A DNA stretch of 64,000 nt from Actinomycetes bacterium. Its GTDB lineage: Bacteria > Actinomycetota > Actinomycetes > Mycobacteriales > Mycobacteriaceae. Shown here in pieces: positions 43,137-53,024 of the stretch. The first letter of the stretch is position 1. Each line of letters opens with the position of its first letter. The translations under genes were made by a program, and so were the position numbers. The notes below the pieces were generated by a model. The model did not search any database. It was not told where the DNA came from and worked only from the letters and a program-made list of their open reading frames with translations. The stretch is taken from NCBI GenBank assembly GCA_023432405.1, contig JAEYUQ010000010.1:39775-103774 (forward strand), in the 5' to 3' direction.

Positions 43137-43910
43137 CTACCATGTATCTACTTCGTGCTGAACTAACGCTCGGTTCATCATTTTTACTGCCTTCAGGAGG
43201 GAGTCTGCCGCTGAAACAGATTCGCGGGTCCATCTGATTGTTGGAATTGAGACAGAAATTGCCCCTAAAGTGTCACCGAGTTCGTTGTGGAGACTTGTCC
43301 CAATCGCTGAGATCTCCTGCTCGATTTGCTGGATATTGACCGCAAAGCCACGTTCGCGCGCCTTATGGAGTCTCTTACGAAGCTCTCGGAACTCATCTTC
43401 AGGCAGGTCATGATAGAGGGACCTCAGCTCAGATGCCGACAGCCGAGCAAGTGTTGCTTGCCCTCCAGAACACTTATCGGCAGGCATGACCTGACCTTTT
43501 CGTCTTCCAATTCGTAGTGGCTGTGTTCCCTCAACGGAAGCAATGTAATGAGTTTTGCGGCCTTTCGTGATGGTTAAATGGCAGGTTTCCCCGGTTTCCG
43601 CAGCGAGCAATTTGAGATATTCCCCCACCTTCTCAAAAAGAGAGCTACCAAAACGTGGCTGGAGAGACACAGCATTCAGACTCGGGCCTGCAACGTATGT
43701 GCGCCGAGGGCTCGGAAGCGCAAAACCACGGTAGACCAGCATGGACATGGATCGGTGGATGGTTGATGGGCTCACACCAAAAGTCTTCGCGGCGTCGGTA
43801 ATGTGGACTTCTCCGTGGTCTCGCAATGCGGCGATAAGAAGAAGGCTAAGGTCCACCGACTTGAGGTAGTCCTTCGGTTTCTCGCCGTAGCTGCCGTGGG
43901 TGTACTCCAC
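43137..43910 (-). CDS. genR: IclR-family regulator of the gentisate pathway
   Basis: N-terminal HTH (YLKSVD...STIHR) and IclR effector domain; GTG at 43910 with GGAGG RBS. Confidence 0.85.
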   Translation of the reverse strand: MEYTHGSYGEKPKDYLKSVDLSLLLIAALRDHGEVHITDAAKTFGVSPSTIHRSMSMLVYRGFALPSPRRTYVAGPSLNAVSLQPRFGSSLFEKVGEYLKLLAAETGETCHLTITKGRKTHYIASVEGTQPLRIGRRKGQVMPADKCSGGQATLARLSASELRSLYHDLPEDEFRELRKRLHKARERGFAVNIQQIEQEISAIGTSLHNELGDTLGAISVSIPTIRWTRESVSAADSLLKAVKMMNRALVQHEVDTW

Positions 43911-43920
43911 ATTTCCCTCC

Positions 43921-43937
43921 TTTCCGCTATGCGGAAT
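43921..43937. promoter_or_regulatory. GenR operator between genR and genK
   Basis: TTTCC-GCTATGC-GGAAT, a near copy of the site at 43087. Confidence 0.7.
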
Positions 43938-43976
43938 CTGATTGATTGTACCAAAGACCATGTTGAGGATGTTCCT

Positions 43977-45263
43977 ATGAACAGCACGTTACCCAGGACG
44001 TCGGTGTCTGAAAATCACACACACAACGCCGACAAACCTCCCCACTCTGGATTCTCAATTCTTGGAATCTCGGGCCGACCACTGGCGGGAGTCCTACTCT
44101 GTTGGTTCTTCGTCATCTTTGACGGTTACGACCTCATCGTCTACGGCACGGTTCAATCACATCTCATTGAAGAGTGGCAGCTCACCGATGGTCAGGCTGG
44201 AACCATTGCCTCTACTGCCTTTCTCGGCATGGCAGTTGGTGCGGTTTGTGTAGGACGTCTTTCAGATAGCCTCGGACGCAAGCTCGCCATTATGACATCA
44301 GTTCTGGTTTTGTCAGTGTTTACTACATTCTGCGCTCTGGCTACAGATCCCGTCTTTTTCGCCATTTTCCGCTTCTGTGCAGGTGTGGGATTAGGCGGAC
44401 TGGTTCCCAGCGCCAATGTTCTTACTGCAGAGCTCGTTCCTCTCAGGCGTCTGTCTGCCTGGTCCACCGTCATGATGTCCGGTGTTCCCCTCGGTGGATC
44501 TTTAGCTGCCGTGGTAGCCCCCTATGTTGTACCTACTCACCAGGAGTGGGGGTGGCGGATTATGTTTCTGTTTGCGCTACTTCCACTCGTTATCGGGCTT
44601 CCTCTCGCAGCAAAGCTACTTCCAGGGCGTGAGGATCTCGCGCGCCACTTAGATGCCGAAGGAACAGTCGAAACTCCAAAGTTCAGGGATCTTTTTGTTC
44701 GTGAATTCCGAACCGTGACATTCTGGTTTACCGCAGCGACGTTCGTGACCCTCTTCGCTTGGTACGGACTCGGAACGTGGCTTCCGCGTCTCATGCAGAA
44801 AGAAGGCTATGACTTCGGGGCAGCTTTGTTATTCACCCTCGCACTCAACATCGGTGCAGTTCTAGGGTCAATTCTGACTGCTTGGGCAGGCGACCGTTTC
44901 GGCCCTATTTACGCCGGAATATATGCGGCTTTTCTGGCCGGTAGTGCTCTACTTTTGCTCCTTACCTACCCGCCAGTGTGGGCGGTATTCGTCATCCTTG
45001 TGTTTGCCGGTGTCGGCACTCACGGGACACAGATTCTGGTTATCGCCGCTGTAAACCAGGCCTATCCAAGTTTTATTCGAGGTACCGCCCTCGGATGGGC
45101 GATGGGCGTAGGCAGAACGGGCGCCGTGATAGCACCACAGTTAGCTGGTCTCCTTCTCGGTTGGGGTTTGGGAGCCCAGTCCAACTTTGTCCTCTTCGCA
45201 GCCGGTGCCTTCGTCTCCTGCATTTCCCTCATCATTATTAGCAACATTCAGAAGCAGAAGTAA
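43977..45263 (+). CDS. genK: Aromatic acid:H+ symporter (gentisate transporter)
   Basis: FDGYDL and GRLSDSLGRK MFS motifs; cluster context. Confidence 0.88.
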   Translation: MNSTLPRTSVSENHTHNADKPPHSGFSILGISGRPLAGVLLCWFFVIFDGYDLIVYGTVQSHLIEEWQLTDGQAGTIASTAFLGMAVGAVCVGRLSDSLGRKLAIMTSVLVLSVFTTFCALATDPVFFAIFRFCAGVGLGGLVPSANVLTAELVPLRRLSAWSTVMMSGVPLGGSLAAVVAPYVVPTHQEWGWRIMFLFALLPLVIGLPLAAKLLPGREDLARHLDAEGTVETPKFRDLFVREFRTVTFWFTAATFVTLFAWYGLGTWLPRLMQKEGYDFGAALLFTLALNIGAVLGSILTAWAGDRFGPIYAGIYAAFLAGSALLLLLTYPPVWAVFVILVFAGVGTHGTQILVIAAVNQAYPSFIRGTALGWAMGVGRTGAVIAPQLAGLLLGWGLGAQSNFVLFAAGAFVSCISLIIISNIQKQK

Positions 45264-45315
45264 CACCACAGCTGCTTTGTCTTAGACACACAGATAATTC
45301 TCTGAAAGGACAGCA

Positions 45316-46638
45316 ATGTATACCGAACCACTTTCTCAGGAACTAGCTGGGCAGAAAATCATCATCGCGGGTGGGGGAATTGGGGGCGCAGCGTGTGCCT
45401 TAGCCCTCGCTCTTCGAGGAGCGGACGTTGAGCTCTTTGAGCGTTCTCGTGAATTCAAAGAAGTCGGTGCAGGTATCCAAATCGGCCCTCATGGATGGCG
45501 AATGCTCAAGCAGTTTGGGCTTGAGGCTGACATCATCAACCACGGCTATCTACCCAAACGCATGGTGTTCAAAGACGCGCTCACTCTAGAGAGCCTTCTC
45601 ACTGTTCATTTCGACGAAGAGTACGAGCAGGCTTACGGTGGTCGGTACTTGGTCATCCACCGATCCGATCTTCTCTCCATATTGATTGAGGCTGCTCGCA
45701 AGGTGGGGGCAACCTTGCACAACGGGGTGAAAATAACACGGTCGGAGAATACGCAGAATGGCGCCACAGCATACCTTGATTGGGGAGATCAGACAGGTCC
45801 AGCAAGCGTCGAGGGCAACATCATCGTCGGTTTCGATGGCATACATTCAATCCACCGCTCACGATTTATAGACGATGCTCCTGTAGCTTCCGGCTATGTG
45901 GCTTATCGGGGAACAACGAAGCTTGCGGAAGATACTGAGATGGCTGATTTGGAGGACGTCGTAGGGTTCATTGGCCCTCAGTGCCACTTCATTCAATATC
46001 CGCTTCGTGGAGGTGAGCTTCTCAATCAGGTGGCGGTGTTCAAATCCAGGCGGTATCACGAGGGCTTAAAGAGCGGGAACGTCCCAGAAGACTGGGGAAA
46101 TAATGAGGAATTCCATGCTGGCTTCAGCCATACACATGAGTTCATTCAAGACCGTTTAGGGGTGATGTGGATGGACACCTGGTGGCAAATGTCAGACCGC
46201 GAACCGCTTTTAACCTGGGCAGATGGGAACATCATCATCATGGGTGACGCTGCCCATCCACCTCTCCAATACTTAGCATCTGGTGCAGTCATGGCAATTG
46301 AAGACGCAGAGGCGTTATCTCTCTACGCGGCTCAAGCTGCCAAGGAAGGAAAACTCGACTGGACGCAGGTGCTCAAAGAGGTTGAAAAAGAGCGCGCTCC
46401 TCGATGTGCTCGGATTCAAACCACTGGCCGCTTTTGGGGTGAACTGTGGCATCTCGATGGACCAGCACGTGTGGCTCGAAATGAGATCTTCCGCTCAATC
46501 CAAGGCACTGAGTGGATGAAGTATGCGGACTGGTTATGGAAATATGACATAAGTGACCGCTACTACATAAAGAACCCTGAAGCAGGCAATCTCCCCGCTG
46601 AAATCTCCGACTGGCAGTATCACATCAGCCCCGAATAA
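45316..46638 (+). CDS. genH: 3-hydroxybenzoate 6-hydroxylase
   Basis: GGGIGG, EVGAGIQ, DG and [18 protein letters not shown]-monooxygenase motifs; cluster context. Confidence 0.88.
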   Translation: MYTEPLSQELAGQKIIIAGGGIGGAACALALALRGADVELFERSREFKEVGAGIQIGPHGWRMLKQFGLEADIINHGYLPKRMVFKDALTLESLLTVHFDEEYEQAYGGRYLVIHRSDLLSILIEAARKVGATLHNGVKITRSENTQNGATAYLDWGDQTGPASVEGNIIVGFDGIHSIHRSRFIDDAPVASGYVAYRGTTKLAEDTEMADLEDVVGFIGPQCHFIQYPLRGGELLNQVAVFKSRRYHEGLKSGNVPEDWGNNEEFHAGFSHTHEFIQDRLGVMWMDTWWQMSDREPLLTWADGNIIIMGDAAHPPLQYLASGAVMAIEDAEALSLYAAQAAKEGKLDWTQVLKEVEKERAPRCARIQTTGRFWGELWHLDGPARVARNEIFRSIQGTEWMKYADWLWKYDISDRYYIKNPEAGNLPAEISDWQYHISPE

Positions 46639-46812
46639 GCGTGAATCTGGCTCCACACCTCACGCCAGACACTCGTGCTGCGGTTCGTATCAGGCGGCCC
46701 CTGGATTAAAGGTCTTCCCCCGTCACCTAAGACGCAGGGAAGACCTCATTCATAGATAGTGCGAGGAATCCCTGTTGCGCAGTGGACACCTATGTCACTA
46801 GCTCATGGCCGT

Positions 46813-47508
46813 CTACTGTTTCCGACGCCGCTCCATAAAATCTCGGCCGTAGTCCACAAGGGCGTCGGTAAGTTCTTCGCCCTGCACCCTCCGCTTCGCC
46901 CGAAGCTCCAAGCGCTGAGCTTTATCTTCTAGCTTTAACTGACGGGCGCGCTGCCTCTCTAGGCGCTGTGGACTGGGAACATACCAGGATTGCGGACCCA
47001 CTCTCAGGATGTAGAGCAAGATCCAGACAGTGGGGAAAAGCAAGAGCGGAACCGTCACTAGGAAACTAGAATCCCACACCGCCGCTAGCAGAGCAGTTGA
47101 GGCAAGAGATCCCACACCGGTAAGAGAAAGGATCCCTAAACGGGTATTTTTCCCAGACTGATAGGCCTCAGCAATTTCAGCGGCCGTATAAACACCAGGA
47201 GTGTGTGCAACCGTTGAGGACGGCCGTGGCACTAAATTTCCTGCTAGGGAGCTGTGCATCCGCCCCCGAGAAGAAGAAGATGCCTGGGTCGAAGAGAGGG
47301 CCGCAGCCTGCGCCCTGCGGCGCAGATCCTCGGGTAGATCTGCGAAGAACGGATCCAGATCCGTCAGCAGACGCGCTTCAGCAATACCCCGGCAGCGGGT
47401 GTCATACTCCGCCACGTCAAGGCGCCCCTCACTCAACGCAATTCCTAGAGCTTCCATGGCTGAGGAGCGTTCAGCGTCGCTGATCCGGACACTCCGTGAG
47501 GTATTCAT
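46813..47508 (-). CDS. DUF1707 (SHOCT-like) membrane protein
   Basis: RISDAER...GRLDVAEYDTR...FADLP and two TM segments. Confidence 0.85.
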   Translation of the reverse strand: MNTSRSVRISDAERSSAMEALGIALSEGRLDVAEYDTRCRGIAEARLLTDLDPFFADLPEDLRRRAQAAALSSTQASSSSRGRMHSSLAGNLVPRPSSTVAHTPGVYTAAEIAEAYQSGKNTRLGILSLTGVGSLASTALLAAVWDSSFLVTVPLLLFPTVWILLYILRVGPQSWYVPSPQRLERQRARQLKLEDKAQRLELRAKRRVQGEELTDALVDYGRDFMERRRKQ

Positions 47509-47617
47509 AGTGCCAGAGTGTAGCAACCTCGAGACTAAGCTCACAGCGGGCAAGCGTCCCGGCTGTGCTCAGAGTCCCTAGCGCTGCACCTGGGGCAGCG
47601 CACCCTCATAAAAACGC

Positions 47618-47821
47618 CTAGAGAACGCGAACTTGCTGAGCCTGAGGCCCTTTCTGCCCTTCACCAACCTCAAACTCGACCTTCTGATCCTCCTCCAAGG
47701 TGCGGAAACCATTGCCCTGAATCTCGGAGTAGTGAACGAAAAGATCTGCTGAACCGTCCTCGGGAGCGATGAACCCGTAGCCCTTTTCAGCATTGAACCA
47801 TTTCACAGTGCCCTGTGCCAT
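47618..47821 (-). CDS. cspA: Cold-shock protein
   Basis: [15 protein letters not shown] and LFVHYS. Confidence 0.97.
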   Translation of the reverse strand: MAQGTVKWFNAEKGYGFIAPEDGSADLFVHYSEIQGNGFRTLEEDQKVEFEVGEGQKGPQAQQVRVL

Positions 47822-47960
47822 TTTTATTCCTTCTAGATGGATGTCATATAGAGACCGGTCGAGAGTCGAACTCCCAGCTCTGTGGGCGCTCGCACGTTAT
47901 GCTCCTGCGAGCGCGATGAAACACTGCGCAAAAACTACGACCATTCACAGTCTTTCACGA
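47822..47960 (-). promoter_or_regulatory. Structured cspA 5' leader
   Basis: Hairpin GCGCTCGCA / TGCGAGCGC (47886-47914) in a long leader; AAGGA RBS. Confidence 0.5.
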
Positions 47961-48015
47961 AAATCGTGATAATGGCAGACTAAAAGTAAAGACTTCCACT
48001 AAAAGTTGAGAAAAT

Positions 48016-50415
48016 ATGCCGTCCCCAGACTTCCCACCGCCCATTCTTGCACCTGGCTTGGGCAGTGAGCTCTACAACGCCGCACGCGCCGCCTCCCCCC
48101 GCGCTCGTTGTACCTTTGCCACAGAGATTCCCCCACAGGGGGTGCAGTATTCTTCGTGGCCGCACTGGTGCCATCCAGACCTTCGAGAATTCTGGGAAAA
48201 CCACGGCGTCTCTCAACTTTTTCTCCACCAGCGGCAGTGCGCAGATTCCGCCTGGGCCGGAACCCACACCATCATCTCCACGGGAACATCCTCGGGAAAA
48301 TCGCTAGGTTATCTCCTCCCGATCCTCACACGCCTTATCGACGCCCCCGCTGCCACAGCTCTCTACATCACACCCACGAAAGCCTTGGGGGCAGACCAGC
48401 TGGCCCAGGTGGGGAAAATTGTCTCAGCGGTCCAGGCTCTCCACGGTGTAAACCCCGCACCCTACGACGGTGACACCCCCACAGATGTTCGCCACAGTAT
48501 CCGAGATCACTCACGCTTCGTGTTCACTAACCCAGATATGCTGCACCTTTCTCTGCTAGCTCACCACCCGCAATGGATACGCTTCCTGCGTAACCTTGAA
48601 TTCGTTGTGGTTGATGAGTGCCACTCTTATCGAGGTATTTTTGGTGCCCATGTGGCTTTAGTTCTCCGGCGCCTGCTACGCCTTGCAGAATCCTATGGCG
48701 CTCACCCCGTGGTCATCGCCGCTTCTGCCACCATTGCACGCCCCCATAAGCATCTGCAACGCCTCATCGGCAGGCCAGCCCACGCCATCACCACTGACAC
48801 TGCTCCCACTGGAACTCGCACCATCATGCTGTGGCAGCCCGAAATCCTTGACGACGCCGCACACGATCACAATTCCCCACCTCGGCGCAGCGCTTTGTCA
48901 GAGGCAGCAACCATCATGGCTGCTTTTATAGGCGAGGGAGCTCGCACACTCACATTTCTCCGCACCCGCAAAAGTGCGGAAATTACTGCCCTCCAGTGCG
49001 CCGAGAATCTCTCAGCCGCCGGGCGTGTGGACTTTGCCAGCCGGGTAGCCGCCTACCGTGCGGGCTATCTTCCGGAGGAGCGTCGCGCTTTGGAACGCGG
49101 CCTAGACGATGGCTCTCTTCTGGGCCTGGCAACCACAAACGCTCTGGAGCTCGGTATTGATGTAGGCACCTTGGACGCTGTTATTACCGTGGGTTTCCCA
49201 GGAACTATAGCGTCTTTCTGGCAGCAAGCCGGGCGTGCAGGGCGTCGCGGGCAAAGCTCAGTGGTGGTGTTTATTGCCCGAAATGAACCTCTCGACACCT
49301 ATCTGGTTACTCACCCCCAAGCTCTCTTGGGGAAACCTATTGAGGAGATGGTGTTTAATCCCCGTAATCCCTATGTTCTTCGCGGCCACATCTACTGTGC
49401 AGCCGTGGAAAAACCCCTCAGCGACACTGAAATTCAGGCCCTTGACGCCTGGGACGTGGTGGGGGAATTAGAGGAGGCCGGACTGCTGCGGCGGCGTCGT
49501 CAAGGGTGGTTTGCTGTACCTCGCCTCACTGAGGATGATCTTCCCACCCCCGAGAACGCGCATTCCTTGGTGAATGTGCGTGGAACCACAGGTTCCGAGA
49601 TTCTCATAGTCAGCACTACCGATGGGCGATTGTTGGGAACTGTGGATGCTGGACGCGCCACAACGCAAGTACACCCCGGGGCGGTGTATCTCCACCAGGG
49701 AGAAAGCTATGTGGTGGATGAGCTGGATCTGGACGGTCACATGGCCTTGGTCCATCCCGAGTCCCCGGATTACAGCACGATGAGCCTGAGTACTACTGAT
49801 ATTCGGATACTTGGCACCCCTGAGGAGCAGAACATTCTGCGCCCTGCACCGGGATTGTGCGTGGCTGCGGTGGAGGTGTCGGTGACGGAGAAAGTGACGG
49901 GTTATGTGGTGAGACTCCCGGGTGGGGAAATTGTAGAGCGTGTTCCTCTGGATTTGCCTGCACAAACCTTGTTTACCCGCGCAGTGGCGTACACAATTGA
50001 ACCGCTGCTCCTGGAAAATCTCCACATAGACCTTGACGACGTCCCGGGTGCGCTTCATGCTGCCGAACACGCGGCCATTGGATTGCTGCCGTTGTTTGCG
50101 GCCTGTGACCGCTGGGATCTCGGTGGTGTGTCGACAGCTCTGCACCCTGATACCGGACTGCCCACAGTGTTTGTGTACGACGGCTACCCCGGCGGAGCAG
50201 GTTTTACGGATTTGGGGTTCCGACGCTTTCGGGAATGGATAACGGCCACCTACGAGACTGTTCGAGACTGCCCTTGCGAATCCGGGTGCCCCTCTTGTAT
50301 TCAGTCTCCCAAGTGTGGAAATGGGAACGAACCACTAAACAAAGAGGGAGCTATCAGGCTGTTGGGCGCAATCACCGAAATGTTGGGCACAGCCCCAAAT
50401 ACACACCAGAGCTGA
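48016..50415 (+). CDS. DEAD/DEAH helicase with DUF1998 zinc domain (Rv3649/SftH-like)
   Basis: TSSGKS, DECH, QQAGRAGR, YDGYPGGAG and CPCESGCPSC. Confidence 0.92.
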   Translation: MPSPDFPPPILAPGLGSELYNAARAASPRARCTFATEIPPQGVQYSSWPHWCHPDLREFWENHGVSQLFLHQRQCADSAWAGTHTIISTGTSSGKSLGYLLPILTRLIDAPAATALYITPTKALGADQLAQVGKIVSAVQALHGVNPAPYDGDTPTDVRHSIRDHSRFVFTNPDMLHLSLLAHHPQWIRFLRNLEFVVVDECHSYRGIFGAHVALVLRRLLRLAESYGAHPVVIAASATIARPHKHLQRLIGRPAHAITTDTAPTGTRTIMLWQPEILDDAAHDHNSPPRRSALSEAATIMAAFIGEGARTLTFLRTRKSAEITALQCAENLSAAGRVDFASRVAAYRAGYLPEERRALERGLDDGSLLGLATTNALELGIDVGTLDAVITVGFPGTIASFWQQAGRAGRRGQSSVVVFIARNEPLDTYLVTHPQALLGKPIEEMVFNPRNPYVLRGHIYCAAVEKPLSDTEIQALDAWDVVGELEEAGLLRRRRQGWFAVPRLTEDDLPTPENAHSLVNVRGTTGSEILIVSTTDGRLLGTVDAGRATTQVHPGAVYLHQGESYVVDELDLDGHMALVHPESPDYSTMSLSTTDIRILGTPEEQNILRPAPGLCVAAVEVSVTEKVTGYVVRLPGGEIVERVPLDLPAQTLFTRAVAYTIEPLLLENLHIDLDDVPGALHAAEHAAIGLLPLFAACDRWDLGGVSTALHPDTGLPTVFVYDGYPGGAGFTDLGFRRFREWITATYETVRDCPCESGCPSCIQSPKCGNGNEPLNKEGAIRLLGAITEMLGTAPNTHQS

Positions 50416-50533
50416 GCCAGGCTGATTCGCACCCACGCCCAGGGCTGAGCCCCCACACACCAGGGCTGAGCGCTCCTGTTCTCTCCCGCCATTGCCGTCA
50501 TTCTTGCTGAGCCCCCACGCCCAGAGCTAAGCG
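50402..50533. repeat. Four degenerate copies of CAC(R)CCAGRGCTGAGC
   Basis: Copies near 50402, 50434, 50454 and 50516, between convergent genes. Confidence 0.6.
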
Positions 50534-50557
50534 CCCGCCAGCTGGCTCTGCCACATC

Positions 50558-50884
50558 TTAGGGAAGAGGTCCTGCTTTGGAACGTCTGCTTAGGTGCCCC
50601 ACCTCAACAGTGACCTCCACGTCTCCAGCATCCTGACTGCACTGCGTCATTCGAGCCTGATGAGCCTGCGCCAAAAAGGACGCTGCCCCACAGGTATCTC
50701 GCCCTTCCACACCTGCGAGTGCCCCGGCAATAGCGGCCATATCTGCGGCCACCTGCGCACGAGCGGCGTCGCACAGGAGCTGCGCCCCCAACCCAAGGAC
50801 TCCTGCCAAAGCAATCAGTGCGGAGATGAACCCCACTCCAACCACAGTGGCATAGCCCCGATCATTCCCCAGAATAATGCGCAC
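50558..50884 (-). CDS. TadE-like pseudopilin (Rv3654c family)
   Basis: NDRG-YAT prepilin site, AQVAADMAAIAGA, two Cys and a terminal AGP. Confidence 0.85.
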   Translation of the reverse strand: MRIILGNDRGYATVVGVGFISALIALAGVLGLGAQLLCDAARAQVAADMAAIAGALAGVEGRDTCGAASFLAQAHQARMTQCSQDAGDVEVTVEVGHLSRRSKAGPLP

Positions 50885-50886
50885 GG

Positions 50887-51276
50887 CTACTGCGTTTCTA
50901 TAGGGAATACGGCGTCAGCAGCAAGCTCTCCGAGAGGAGTGGGAATTCGCACTGTGGCAGTGGCCACGCCCTCACCCTCCGAGATGGAGACGGTTCCTCG
51001 GGGTGGGACGTAATTGACACCGAGAGCATGGGCGCGCGCCGCGGCCCCTGCACTCTGAACTGCCTGGAGATAGCCCGCCACCGCTATCACACCTGCGATG
51101 ATGGCAGCTGCCACAATCACCAAAGCAGAGATAGCCAGGGCAGCTTCCACTGTCACGGAACCTCGGTTGTCTTCCAGCACAGGTGTGGATCTATCCAGCA
51201 ATCCACACCGCAGCTTGCCCCCTTGCCTAGGACGGGCTGTTGGAAAGCGCATCCGTGATAATCCCCTCAATGGCAT
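50887..51276 (-). CDS. TadE-like pseudopilin (Rv3655c-like)
   Basis: DNRG-SVTVEAA prepilin motif and TM helix; start uncertain. Confidence 0.8.
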   Translation of the reverse strand: MPLRGLSRMRFPTARPRQGGKLRCGLLDRSTPVLEDNRGSVTVEAALAISALVIVAAAIIAGVIAVAGYLQAVQSAGAAARAHALGVNYVPPRGTVSISEGEGVATATVRIPTPLGELAADAVFPIETQ

Positions 51277-51601
51277 CTACCACTGCACCACCCTGGATCA
51301 CCGCGTAGAGGACACCGGCCAACGCTGCCGCGGCCAGTGACCCCATTGCGTATTCAATGGTAGACATTCCAGCCTCATTGGACACCAGTGCAAAGCTTTT
51401 CTTGACTGTTGCGCTGAACCTATCGAAGAACACACGCTGCCACAACAGCAGTACACGCTGGCAGAACATCAGTACCCGATGATGTCCTCGCGCCGCTCCG
51501 GAACTAGCAATTTGAGTGGAAACTGTGCGCCCAGGGCTGGTGAAATGCGCAGATAAGAATGTGTGAATTAAGGAAAACATGAAAACCCCCTCGTTCATCA
51601 T
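51227..51601 (-). CDS. Flp-type pilin (DUF4244)
   Basis: NEAG-MSTIEYAMGSLAAAALAGVLY; true start probably downstream. Confidence 0.85.
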   Translation of the reverse strand: MMNEGVFMFSLIHTFLSAHFTSPGRTVSTQIASSGAARGHHRVLMFCQRVLLLWQRVFFDRFSATVKKSFALVSNEAGMSTIEYAMGSLAAAALAGVLYAVIQGGAVVDAIEGIITDALSNSPS

Positions 51602-51606
51602 GTGTT

Positions 51607-52245
51607 TTAGAACAGTTGAGATCCCAGGCTAATGACCACAGGTGCCAGCCCGAGAACAAAGAATGCCGGAAGAAAACAGATAGCAAGCGGAAGGGCGATG
51701 AGCACTCCTGCACGTTCAGCACGAGCTGTGGCATCGTCGCCCGCACTTTCTACAATCTTCTGGGCTAAGCGATGACACTCCTGCGCCATCATGGCCCCTG
51801 AGTGAGTAGAAAGCTCCGCGAGATCTGCAAGACAGCTGAGCTTCTCAATGCTACGGATAGGCTCCCATGCTCGATGAGTAGGAACACCCATGTCTAACAT
51901 GACGCTGACGTGTTTCCACGCTTCTGCCAGAGCTGGTTGAGAAACCGCAGACACCGCTTTGACGGCCTCGCCAAGCGGAAGACCTACAGATAAGCACGCG
52001 GCCAGAAGTTCAATATCGGCGGCAACCTCCACTGAACCTGCTGACACTAAGCCCCGTGAATGACCCAGACGTGGCCCATCTCGAGGCCACAGTTTCCCTA
52101 CGCTGCGAAGGAATCGAGCCTGGGTGTTGCCGCTGTGTTTCCTTGACGAGGCCCCTCCCCCAGCGCTAGTCCCTAATCCGAGACGTCTGCTGGGAGAAGT
52201 GCCCTGAGTGAGCAGAGCAAGTGCCAGGAATAGAAATGGAATCAT
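51607..52245 (-). CDS. TadC-like type II secretion F protein
   Basis: AERAGVLIALPLAICFLPAFFVLGLAP. Confidence 0.85.
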   Translation of the reverse strand: MIPFLFLALALLTQGTSPSRRLGLGTSAGGGASSRKHSGNTQARFLRSVGKLWPRDGPRLGHSRGLVSAGSVEVAADIELLAACLSVGLPLGEAVKAVSAVSQPALAEAWKHVSVMLDMGVPTHRAWEPIRSIEKLSCLADLAELSTHSGAMMAQECHRLAQKIVESAGDDATARAERAGVLIALPLAICFLPAFFVLGLAPVVISLGSQLF

Positions 52246-53024
52246 GGTTCCTCCTGTTTAGTTCCAGGAGTTCGCGTTCCTTGGGCTTTGCGCACAATAA
52301 TGCGTGACCAGCAAAACCCTGCGCAGGTGAGCCCCACCCCTACAACAAGTAACACTCCCCCGATACCTCCAGTACTGAGGAACTGAAGTGGATGGGCACC
52401 CATCGCCGTTCCCATCACAATTCCAGCCAGAGGAAGCAGACTGAGAACAACGGCTGTTGCCTGAGCTCCTTGGAGTGCAGCACCCGTGGCTGTGGAGTGT
52501 CTCAGGCGCATATCAATGCGCTGTTGAATCTGCCCAAAGACAGGCACCAGAGAAATCCCGTGGCGTTCACTCAGTGCCACAGCTGGACCAACTTCTTTCA
52601 GGGAGTACAGTGCCCGAGACAGTGAGGTTCCACTGCTTACTCGGGTGGTTGCCACACTCAGGTGGTGGACAAGGCCAGTGGGTGTACTTTCTGGTATTAC
52701 TCCTAAAGCCCGCTCGCAGGCCTGTATTGGAGTGGCCCCTGCCGTCAAGGCAGCCACCATTGCACCAGACCAAGCGGCTAGCCCTTCATCCCAGAGAACA
52801 GCAGTGCGTTGCTTGCGAATATCTGCCAGATACCAGGTCACTGTTGCTGCAGCTATAGAGGCAGCAACAGCCACGGTGAGTTCTCCTACAAGAAGAAATC
52901 CTGCACCTACCATCCCGCCCATCACCGGCCACAGCGGCAGACGGCGAGATTTCTGAAGCAGCCGAGCGCAGGGCCGCGGAGGAGTTGCCAGGAACACACA
53001 GAGTCCTGCCATGCTAAGAAACAT
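52242..53024 (-). CDS. TadB-like type II secretion F protein
   Basis: GAQATAVVLSLLP and GAHPLQFL. Confidence 0.83.
   Translation of the reverse strand: MFLSMAGLCVFLATPPRPCARLLQKSRRLPLWPVMGGMVGAGFLLVGELTVAVAASIAAATVTWYLADIRKQRTAVLWDEGLAAWSGAMVAALTAGATPIQACERALGVIPESTPTGLVHHLSVATTRVSSGTSLSRALYSLKEVGPAVALSERHGISLVPVFGQIQQRIDMRLRHSTATGAALQGAQATAVVLSLLPLAGIVMGTAMGAHPLQFLSTGGIGGVLLVVGVGLTCAGFCWSRIIVRKAQGTRTPGTKQEEP

Noticed and set aside
40200..46810. Direct repeats flanking the gentisate cluster
   Set aside because: Only a 7 bp ATGTCAC and loose similarity at the two ends; compatible with chance
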